From positions 468,056 to 532,055 of the forward strand of contig JBHGNT010000025.1 in NCBI GenBank assembly GCA_043228905.1: 64,000 nt of DNA. Direction: 5' to 3'. How positions within the stretch are numbered: the first letter of the stretch is position 1; each line of letters opens with the position of its first letter. A program made the position numbers and the translations under genes. Below, one piece after another: positions 54,001 through 64,000 of this stretch. A model generated the notes under the pieces. The model saw only the letters and a program-made list of their open reading frames with translations. It did not search any database and had not been told where the DNA came from. Source of the DNA: Azolla caroliniana (lineage: Eukaryota; Plantae; Polypodiophyta).

Positions 54001-57000
54001 ATCGAAGCTAACAACGCTAGCTATTCTATGGAACTAAAAAATCAAGATTTTGAAACTCAGGTCGAGAGATATGAAGAAATTAGCAATCTTGAGGAGGGAG
54101 TTGAGAGGAGCCCTTGAGTACATTAAAATGTTCATACCTGGCGCGTGTGATATCTGATTTTTGTGTTCAAACATGCGAATCGAAGCTAACAACGCTAGCT
54201 ATTATATGGAACTAAAAAGTCAAGATTTTGAAACTCAGGTCGAGAGATATGAAGAAATTAGCAATCTTGAGGAGGGAGTTGAGAGGAGCCCTTGAGTACA
54301 TTAAAATGTTCATACCTGGCGCGTGTGATATCGGATTTTTGTGTTCAGACATGCGAATCGAAGCTAACAACGCTAGCTATTCTATGGAACTAAAAAATCA
54401 AGATTTTGAAATTGAGGTCGAGAGACATGAAGAAATTAGCAATCTTGAGGAGGGAGTTGAGAGGAGCCCTTGAGTATATTAAAATGTTTATACCTGGCTC
54501 GTGTGATATCGGATTTTTGTGTTCAAACATGCGAATCGAAGCTAACAACGCTAGCTATGACATGGTATTAAGAAATCAAGATTTTGACACTCAGGTCGAG
54601 AGACATGACGAAATTAGCAATCTTGAGGAGGGAGTTGAGAGGAGCCCTTGAGTAAATTAAAATGTTCATACCTGGCGCGTGTGATATCGGATGTTTGTGT
54701 TCAAACATGCGAATCGAAGCTAACAACGTTAGCTATGACATGGTATTAAAAAATCAAGATTTTGAAACTCAAGTCGAGAGACATAACGAAATTACCTAAT
54801 TTGAGGAGTGAGTTGAGAAGACCTAGTATGTAAATTAAAATGTTCATACCTGGCTCGTGTGATATCGGATTTTTGTGTTCAAACATGCGAATCGAAGCTA
54901 ACAACGCTAGCTATTCTATGGAACTAAAAAATCAAGATTTTGAAACTCAGGTCGAGAGATATGAAGAAATTAGCAATCTTGAGGAGGGAGTTGAGAGGAG
55001 CCCTTGAGTACATTAAAATGTTCATACCTGGCGCGTGTGATATCTGATTTTTGTGTTCAAACATGCGAATCGAAGCTAACAACGCTAGCTATTATATGGA
55101 ACTAAAAAGTCAAGATTTTGAAACTCAGGTCGAGAGATATGAAGAAATTAGCAATCTTGAGGAGGGAGTTGAGAGGAGCCCTTGAGTACATTAAAATGTT
55201 CATACCTGGCGCGTGTGATATCGGATTTTTGTGTTCAAACATGCGAATCGAAGCTAACAATGCTAGCTATGACATGGTATTAAAAAATCAAGATTTTGAA
55301 ACTCAGGTCGAGAGATATGAAGAAATTAGCAATCTTGAGGAGGGAGTTGAGAGGAGCCCTTGAGTAAATTAAAATGTTCATACCTGGCTCGTGTGATATC
55401 GGATTTTTGTGTTCAAACATGTGAATCGAAGCTAACAACGCTAGCTATTCTATGAAACTAAAAAATCAAGATTTTGAAACTCAGGTCGAGAGATATGAAG
55501 ACATTAGCAATCTTGAGGAGTGAGTTGAGAGGAGCCCTTGAGTACATTAAAATGTTCATACCTGGCTCGTGTGATATCGGATTTTTGTGTTCAAACATGC
55601 GAATCGAAGCTAACAATGCTAGCTATTATATGGAACTAAAAAATCAAGATTTTGAAACTCAGGTCCAGAAATATGAAGAAATTAGCAATCTTGAGGAGGG
55701 AGTTGAGAGGAGCCCTTGAGTACATTAAAATGTTCATACCTGGCTCGTGTGATATCGGATTTTTGTGTTCAAACATGTGAATCGAAGCTAACAACGCTAG
55801 CTATTCTATGGAACTAAAAAATCAAGATTTTGAAACTCAGGTCGAGAGATATGAAGAAATTAGCAATCTTGAGGAGGGAGTTGAGAGGAGCCCTTGAGTA
55901 CATTAAAATGTTCATACCTGGCGCGTGTGATATCGGATTTTTGTGTTCAGACATGCGAATCGAAGCTAACAACGCTAGCTATTCTATGGAACTAAAAAAT
56001 CAAGATTTTGAAATTGAGGTCGAGAGACATGAAGAAATTAGCAATCTTGAGGAGGGAGTTGAGAGGAGCCCTCGAGTATATTAAAATGTTTATACCTGGC
56101 TCGTGTGATATCGGATTTTTGTGTTCAAACATGCGAATCGAAGCTAACAACGCTAGCTATGACATGGTATTAAAAAATCAAGATTTTGAAACTCAGGTCG
56201 AGAGATATGAAGAAATTAGCAATCTTGAGGAGGGAGTTGAGAGGAGCCCTTGAGTAAATTAAAATGTTCATACCTGGCTCGTGTGATATCGGATTTTTGT
56301 GTTCAAACATGTGAATCAAAGCTAACAACGCTAGCTATGACATGGTATTAAAAAATCAAGATTTTGAAACTCAGGTCGAGAGACATGAAGAAATTAGCAA
56401 TCTTGAGGAGGGAGTTGAGAGGAGCCCTTGAGTACATTAAAATGTTCATACCTGGCGCGTGTGATATCGGATTTTTGTGTTCAAACATGCGAATCGAAGC
56501 TAACAACGCTAGCTATTATATGGAACTAAAAAGTCAAGATTTTGAAACTCAGGTCGAGAGATATGAAGAAATTAGCAATCTTGAGGAGGGAGTTGAGAGG
56601 AGCCCTTGAGTACATTAAAATGTTCATACCTGGCGCGTGTGATATCGGATTTTTGTGTTCAAACATGCGAATCGAAGCTAACAATGCTAGCTATGACATG
56701 GTATTAAAAAATCAAGATTTTGAAACTCAGGTCGAGAGATATGAAGAAATTAGCAATCTTGAGGAGGGAGTTGAGAGGAGCCCTTGAGTACATTAAAATG
56801 TTCATACCTGGCGCGTGTGATATCGGATTTTTGTGTTCAGACATGCGAATCGAAGCTAACAACGCTAGCTATTCTATGGAACTAAAAAATCAAGATTTTG
56901 AAATTGAGGTCGAGAGACATGAAGAAATTAGCAATCTTGAGGAGGGAGTTGAGAGGAGCCCTTGAGTATATTAAAATGTTGATACCTGGCTCGTGTGATA

Positions 57001-60000
57001 TCGGATTTTTGTGTTCAAACATGCGAATCGAAGCTAACAACGCTAGCTATAACATGGTATTAAAAAATCAAGATTTTGACACTCAGGTCGAGAGACATGA
57101 CGAAATTAGCAATCTTGAGGAGGGAGTTGAGAGGAGCCCTTGAGTAAATTAAAATGTTCATACCTGGCGCGTGTGATATCGGATGTTTGTGTTCAAACAT
57201 GCGAATCGAAGCTAACAACGTTAGCTATGACATGGTATTAAAAAATCAAGATTTTGAAACTCAAGTCGAGAGACATAACGAAATTACCTAATTTGAGGAG
57301 TGAGTTGAGAAGACCTAGTATGTAAATTAAAATGTTCATACCTGGCTCGTGTGATATCGGATTTTTGTGTTCAAACATGCGAATCGAAGCTAACAACGCT
57401 AGCTATTCTATGGAACTAAAAAATCAAGATTTTGAAACTCAGGTCGAGAGATATGAAGAAATTAGCAATCTTGAGGAGGGAGTTGAGAGGAGCCCTTGAG
57501 TACATTAAAATGTTCATACCTGGCTCGTGTGATATCGGATTTTTGTGTTCAAACATGCGAATCGAAGCTAACAACGCTACCTATGATATGGAACTAAAAA
57601 ATCAGGATTTTGAAACTCAGGTCGAGAGATATGAAGAAATTAGCAATCTTGAGGAGGGAGTTGAGAGGAGCCCTTGAGTACATTAAAATGTTCATACCTG
57701 GCGCGTGTGATATCGGATTTTTGTGTTCAAACATGCGAATCGAAGCTAACAACGCTAGCTATTATATGGAACTAAAAAATCAAGATTTTGAAACTCAGGT
57801 CCAGAGACATGACGAAATTAGCAATCTTGAGGAGGGAGTTGAGAGGAGCCCTTGAGTACATTAAAATGTTCATACCTGGCTCGTGTGATATCGGATTTTT
57901 GTGTTCAAACATGTGAATCGAAGCTAACAACGCTAGCTATGATATGGTATTAAAAAATCATGATTTTGAAACTCAGGTCGAGAGACATGACGAAATTAGC
58001 AATCTTGAGGAGGGAGTTGAGAGGAGCCCTTGAGTAAATTAAAATGTTCATACCTGGCTCGTGTGATATCGGTTTTTTGTGTTCAAACATGCGAATCGAA
58101 GCTAAAAACGCTAGCTATGACATGGTATTAAAAAATCATGATTTCGAAATTGAGGTCGAGAGACATGAAGAAATTAGCAATCTTGAGGAGGGAGTTGAGA
58201 GGAGCCCTTGAGTACATTAAAATGTTCATACCTGGCTCGTGTGATATCGGATTTTTGTGTTCAAACATGCGAATCGAAGCTAACAACGCTAGCTATTGTA
58301 TGGAACTAAAAAATCAAGATTTTGAAACTCAGGTCCAGAAATATGAAGAAATTAGCAATCTTGAGGAGGGAGTTGAGAGGAGCCCTTGAGTACATTAAAA
58401 TGTTCATACCTGGCTCGTGTGATATCGGATTTTTGTGTTCAAACATGGGAATCGAAGCTAACAACGCTAGCTATTCTATGGAACTAAAAAATCAAGATTT
58501 TGAAACTCAGGTCGAGAGATATGAAGAAATTAGCAATCTTGAGGAGGGAGTTGAGAGGAGCCCTTGAGTACATTAAAATGTTCATACCTGGCGCGTGTGA
58601 TATCGGATTTTTGTGTTCAAACATGCGAATCGAAGCTAAAAATGCTAGCTATGACATGGTATTAAAAAATCATGATTTTGAAACTCAGGTCGAGAGATAT
58701 GAAGAAATTAGCAATCTTGAGGAGGGAGTTGAGAGGAGCCATTGAGTAAATTAAAATGTTCATACATGGCTCGTGTGATATCGGATTTTTGTGTTCAAAC
58801 ATGTGAATCGAAGCTAACATCGCTAGCTATTCTATGGAACTAAAAAATCAAGATTTTGAAACTCAGGTCGAGAGATATGAAGAAATTAGCAATCTTGAGG
58901 AGGGAGTTGAGAGGAGCCCTTGAGTACATTAAAATGTTCATACCTGGCGCGTGTGATATCGGATTTTTGTGTTCAAACATGCGAATCGAAGCTAACAATG
59001 CTAGCTATGACATGGTATTAAAAAATCAAGATTTTGAAACTCAGGTCGAGAGATATGAAGAAATTAGCAATCTTGAGGAGGGAGTTGAGAGGAGCCCTTG
59101 AGTAAATTAAAATGTTCATACCTGGCTCGTGTGATATCGGATTTTTGTGTTCAAACATGTGAATCGAAGCTAACAATGCTAGCTATTCTATGGAACTAAA
59201 AAATCAAGATTTTGAAACTCAGGTCGAGAGATATGAAGAAATTAGCAATCTTGAGGAGGGAGTTGAGAGGAGCCCTTGAGTACATTAAAATGTTCATACC
59301 TGGCGCGTGTGATATCTGATTTTTGTGTTCAAACATGCGAATCGAAGCTAACAACGCTAGCTATTATATGGAACTAAAAAGTCAAGATTTTGAAACTCAG
59401 GTCGAGAGATATGAAGAAATTAGCAATCTTGAGGAGGGAGTTGAGAGGAGCCCTTGAGTACATTAAAATGTTCATACCTGGCGCGTGTGATATCGGATTT
59501 TTGTGTTCAGACATGCGAATCGAAGCTAACAACGCTAGCTATTCTATGGAACTAAAAAATCAAGATTTTGAAATTGAGGTCGAGAGACATGAAGAAATTA
59601 GCAATCTTGAGGAGGGAGTTGAGAGGAGCCCTTGAGTATATTAAAATGTTTATACCTGGCTCGTGTGATATCGGATTTTTGTGTTCAAACATGCGAATCG
59701 AAGCTAACAACGCTAGCTATGACATGGTATTAAAAAATCAAGATTTTGACACTCAGGTCGAGAGACATGACGAAATTAGCAATCTTGAGGAGGGAGTTGA
59801 GAGGAGCCCTTGAGTAAATTAAAATGTTCATACCTGGCGCGTGTGATATCGGATGTTTGTGTTCAAACATGCGAATCGAAGCTAACAACGTTAGCTATGA
59901 CATGGTATTAAAAAATCAAGATTTTGAAACTCAAGTCGAGAGACATAACGAAATTACCTAATTTGAGGAGTGAGTTGAGAAGACCTAGTATGTAAATTAA

Positions 60001-60342
60001 AATGTTCATACCTGGCTCGTGTGATATCGGATTTTTGTGTTCAAACATGCGAATCGAAGCTAACAACGCTAGCTATTCTATGGAACTAAAAAATCAAGAT
60101 TTTGAAACTCAGGTCGAGAGATATGAAGAAATTAGCAATCTTGAGGAGGGAGTTGAGAGGAGCCCTTGAGTACATTAAAATGTTCATACCTGGCGCGTGT
60201 GATATCTGATTTTTGTGTTCAAACATGCGAATCGAAGCTAACAACGCTAGCTATTATATGGAACTAAAAAGTCAAGATTTTGAAACTCAGGTCGAGAGAT
60301 ATGAAGAAATTAGCAATCTTGAGGAGGGAGTTGAGAGGAGCC
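48060..60342 (+). repeat. Block duplication at a 49-monomer (8722 bp) offset: about 48060..51620 recurs at about 56782..60342
   Basis: ORF pairs 48176/56898, 48710/57432, 49416/58138, 49778/58500 and 50846/59568 are +8722. Rare markers are shared: ATCAGGA at 48883/57605 and AACATCG at 50098/58820. Confidence 0.9.
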
Positions 60343-63300
60343 CTTGAGTATATTAAAATGTTGATACCTGGCTCGTGTGATATCGGATTTTTGTGTTCAA
60401 ACATGCGAATCGAAGCTAACAACGCTAGCTATAACATGGTATTAAAAAATCAAGATTTTGACACTCAGGTCGAGAGACATGACGAAATTAGCAATCTTGA
60501 GGAGGGAGTTGAGAGGAGCCCTTGAGTAAATTAAAATGTTCATACCTGGCGCGTGTGATATCGGATGTTTGTGTTCAAACATGCGAATCGAAGCTAACAA
60601 CGTTAGCTATGACATGGTATTAAAAAATCAAGATTTTGAAACTCAAGTCGAGAGACATAACGAAATTACCTAATTTGAGGAGTGAGTTGAGAAGACCTAG
60701 TATGTAAATTAAAATGTTCATACCTGGCTCGTGTGATATCGGATTTTTGTGTTCAAACATGCGAATCGAAGCTAACAACGCTAGCTATTCTATGGAACTA
60801 AAAAATCAAGATTTTGAAACTCAGGTCGAGAGATATGAAGAAATTAGCAATCTTGAGGAGGGAGTTGAGAGGAGCCCTTGAGTACATTAAAATGTTCATA
60901 CCTGGCTCGTGTGATATCGGATTTTTGTGTTCAAACATGCGAATCGAAGCTAACAACGCTACCTATGATATGGAACTAAAAAATCAGGATTTTGAAACTC
61001 AGGTCGAGAGATATGAAGAAATTAGCAATCTTGAGGAGGGAGTTGAGAGGAGCCCTTGAGTACATTAAAATGTTCATACCTGGCGCGTGTGATATCGGAT
61101 TTTTGTGTTCAAACATGCGAATCGAAGCTAACAACGCTAGCTATTATATGGAACTAAAAAATCAAGATTTTGAAACTCAGGTCCAGAGACATGACGAAAT
61201 TAGCAATCTTGAGGAGGGAGTTGAGAGGAGCCCTTGAGTACATTAAAATGTTCATACCTGGCTCGTGTGATATCGGATTTTTGTGTTCAAACATGTGAAT
61301 CGAAGCTAACAACGCTAGCTATGATATGGTATTAAAAAATCATGATTTTGAAACTCAGGTCGAGAGACATGACGAAATTAGCAATCTTGAGGAGGGAGTT
61401 GAGAGGAGCCCTTGAGTAAATTAAAATGTTCATACCTGGCTCGTGTGATATCGGTTTTTTGTGTTCAAACATGCGAATCGAAGCTAAAAACGCTAGCTAT
61501 GACATGGTATTAAAAAATCATGATTTCGAAATTGAGGTCGAGAGACATGAAGAAATTAGCAATCTTGAGGAGGGAGTTGAGAGGAGCCCTTGAGTACATT
61601 AAAATGTTCATACCTGGCTCGTGTGATATCGGATTTTTGTGTTCAAACATGCGAATCGAAGCTAACAACGCTAGCTATTGTATGGAACTAAAAAATCAAG
61701 ATTTTGAAACTCAGGTCCAGAAATATGAAGAAATTAGCAATCTTGAGGAGGGAGTTGAGAGGAGCCCTTGAGTACATTAAAATGTTCATACCTGGCTCGT
61801 GTGATATCGGATTTTTGTGTTCAAACATGGGAATCGAAGCTAACAACGCTAGCTATTCTATGGAACTAAAAAATCAAGATTTTGAAACTCAGGTCGAGAG
61901 ATATGAAGAAATTAGCAATCTTGAGGAGGGAGTTGAGAGGAGCCCTTGAGTAAATTAAAATGTTCATACCTGGCGCGTGTGATATCGGATGTTTGTGTTC
62001 AAACATGCGAATCGAAGCTAACAATGCTAGCTATGACATGGTATTAAAAAATCATGATTTTGAAACTCAGGTCGAGAGATATGAAGAAATTAGCAATCTT
62101 GAGGAGGGAGTTGAGAGGAGCCATTGAGTAAATTAAAATGTTCATACATGGCTCGTGTGATATCGGATTTTTGTGTTCAAACATGTGAATCGAAGCTAAC
62201 AACGCTAGCTATTCTATGGAACTAAAAAATCAAGATTTTGAAACTCAGGTCGAGAGATATGAAGAAATTAGCAATCTTGAGGAGGGAGTTGAGAGGAGCC
62301 CTTGAGTACATTAAAATGTTCATACCTGGCGCGTGTGATATCGGATTTTTGTGTTCAAACATGCGAATCGAAGCTAACAATGCTAGCTATGACATGGTAT
62401 TAAAAAATCAAGATTTTGAAACTCAGGTCGAGAGATATGAAGAAATTAGCAATCTTGAGGAGGGAGTTGAGAGGAGCCCTTGAGTAAATTAAAATGTTCA
62501 TACCTGGCTCGTGTGATATCGGATTTTTGTGTTCAAACATGTGAATCGAAGCTAACAATGCTACCTATTCTATGGAACTAAAAAATCGAGATTTTGAAAC
62601 TCAGGTCGAGAGATATGAAGAAATTAGCAATCTTGAGGAGGGAGTTGAGAGGAGCCCTTGAGTACATTAAAATGTTCATACCTGGCTCGTGTGATATCGG
62701 ATTTTTGTGTTCAAACATGCGAATCGAAGCTAACAACGCTAGCTATGACATGGTATTAAAAAATCAAGATTTTGAAACTCAGGTCGAGAGATATGAAGAA
62801 ATTAGCAATCTTGAGGAGGGAGTTGAGAGGAGCCCTTGAGTACATTAAAATGTTCATACCTGGCGCGTGTGATATCGGATTTTTGTGTTCAGACATGCGA
62901 ATCGAAGCTAACAACGCTAGCTATTCTATGGAACTAAAAAATCAAGATTTTGAAATTGAGGTCGAGAGACATGAAGAAATTAGCAATCTTGAGGAGGGAG
63001 TTGAGAGGAGCCCTTGAGTATATTAAAATGTTTATACCTGGCTCGTGTGATATCGGATTTTTGTGTTCAAACATGCGAATCGAAGCTAACAACGCTAGCT
63101 ATGACATGGTATTAAAAAATCAAGATTTTGACACTCAGGTCGAGAGACATGACGAAATTAGCAATCTTGAGGAGGGAGTTGAGAGGAGCCCTTGAGTAAA
63201 TTAAAATGTTCATACCTGGCGCGTGTGATATCGGATGTTTGTGTTCAAACATGCGAATCGAAGCTAACAACGTTAGCTATGACATGGTATTAAAAAATCA

Positions 63301-63723
63301 AGATTTTGAAACTCAAGTCGAGAGACATAACGAAATTACCTAATTTGAGGAGTGAGTTGAGAAGACCTAGTATGTAAATTAAAATGTTCATACCTGGCTC
63401 GTGTGATATCGGATTTTTGTGTTCAAACATGCGAATCGAAGCTAACAACGCTAGCTATTCTATGGAACTAAAAAATCAAGATTTTGAAACTCAGGTCGAG
63501 AGATATGAAGAAATTAGCAATCTTGAGGAGGGAGTTGAGAGGAGCCCTTGAGTACATTAAAATGTTCATACCTGGCGCGTGTGATATCTGATTTTTGTGT
63601 TCAAACATGCGAATCGAAGCTAACAACGCTAGCTATTATATGGAACTAAAAAGTCAAGATTTTGAAACTCAGGTCGAGAGATATGAAGAAATTAGCAATC
63701 TTGAGGAGGGAGTTGAGAGGAGC
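56960..63723 (+). repeat. Tandem 19-monomer (3382 bp) higher-order repeat, two copies
   Basis: ORF pairs 57432/60814, 57610/60992, 58138/61520, 58322/61704, 59390/62772 and 59568/62950 are +3382. The ATCAGGA marker is at 57605 and 60987. Confidence 0.88.
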
Positions 63724-64000
63724 CCTTGAGTACATTAAAATGTTCATACCTGGCGCGTGTGATATCGGATTTTTGTGTTCAAACATGCGAATCGAAGCTA
63801 ACAATGCTAGCTATGACATGGTATTAAAAAATCAAGATTTTGAAACTCAGGTCGAGAGATATGAAGAAATTAGCAATCTTGAGGAGGGAGTTGAGAGGAG
63901 CCCTTGAGTAAATTAAAATGTTCATACCTGGCTCGTGTGATATCGGATTTTTGTGTTCAAACATGGGAATCGAAGCTAACAACGCTAGCTATGACATGGT

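Larger units (their letters stand above)
1..64000 (+). repeat. 178-bp tandem satellite DNA array (about 359.6 monomers, head-to-tail), centromeric/heterochromatic-satellite-like; both ends run off the window
   Basis: CCTTGAGTA recurs at 1, 179, 357, 535 and so on. Equivalent ORF starts fall at 117 mod 178 up to 10619 and at 116 mod 178 from 11330 to 63662, so phase is kept throughout except for one 1-bp deletion. No non-repeat sequence was seen. The repeat call is direct; 'centromeric-like' is inference from monomer size and homogeneity. Confidence 0.99.

Noticed and set aside
289-63907. About 200 short ORFs (60-119 aa; MKLRSRDMKKLAILRRELRGALEYIKMFIPG...) as a multigene or repeat-protein family
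   Set aside because: They are translations of the satellite. Since 178 is not a multiple of 3, successive ORFs overlap in different frames. Many start at TTG, common variants introduce stops freely (TAA at pos 8-10, TGTGA, TCTGA), and no domain is recognisable.
1-64000. CRISPR array or other repeat-spacer system
   Set aside because: There are no unique spacers. The entire 178 bp is repeated, variation is limited to recurring SNP haplotypes, and no cas or other genes are present.
1-64000. 5S rDNA, tRNA or snRNA tandem gene array
   Set aside because: No 5S or tRNA conserved sequence, Pol III A/B/C boxes or cloverleaf is visible in the monomer on either strand.
1-64000. Embedded transposon, inversion or array boundary
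   Set aside because: Monomer phase and orientation are maintained from start to end, and no foreign sequence, LTR, TIR or target-site duplication was seen.

Overview
The whole 64 kb window is one uninterrupted, head-to-tail tandem array of a 178-bp satellite monomer (about 359.6 copies, about 39% GC by hand count of the consensus), all on the same strand. It has no flank, gene, RNA gene or transposon insertion that I can see. Consensus read from the sequence: CCTTGAGTAMATTAAAATGTTCATACCTGGCKCGTGTGATATCGGATTTTTGTGTTCAAACATGYGAATCGAAGCTAACAAYGCTAGCTATGAYATGGWAYTAAAAAATCAAGATTTTGAAACTCAGGTCGAGAGATATGAAGAAATTAGCAATCTTGAGGAGGGAGTTGAGAGGAGC. All ORFs in the track are by-products of the repeat. The monomer length, homogeneity and block duplications resemble a eukaryotic, possibly plant, centromeric or heterochromatic satellite, but neither the organism nor a centromere function can be established from the sequence. 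The interesting structure lies in the variants. There is a single 1-bp indel in 64 kb. There are nested in-register duplications at offsets of 1, 2, 3, 5, 7, 8, 13, 19, 24, 25, 32, 37, 49, 73, 95 and 167 monomers, and chimeric monomers that pinpoint recombination junctions. A recurrent 12-substitution patch creates inverted repeats and switches subtype along the array. Variant sites are consistent with CG and CHG methyl-cytosine deamination. I found no protein-coding 'system'. Block boundaries were read by eye from marker variants and ORF offsets and are approximate.
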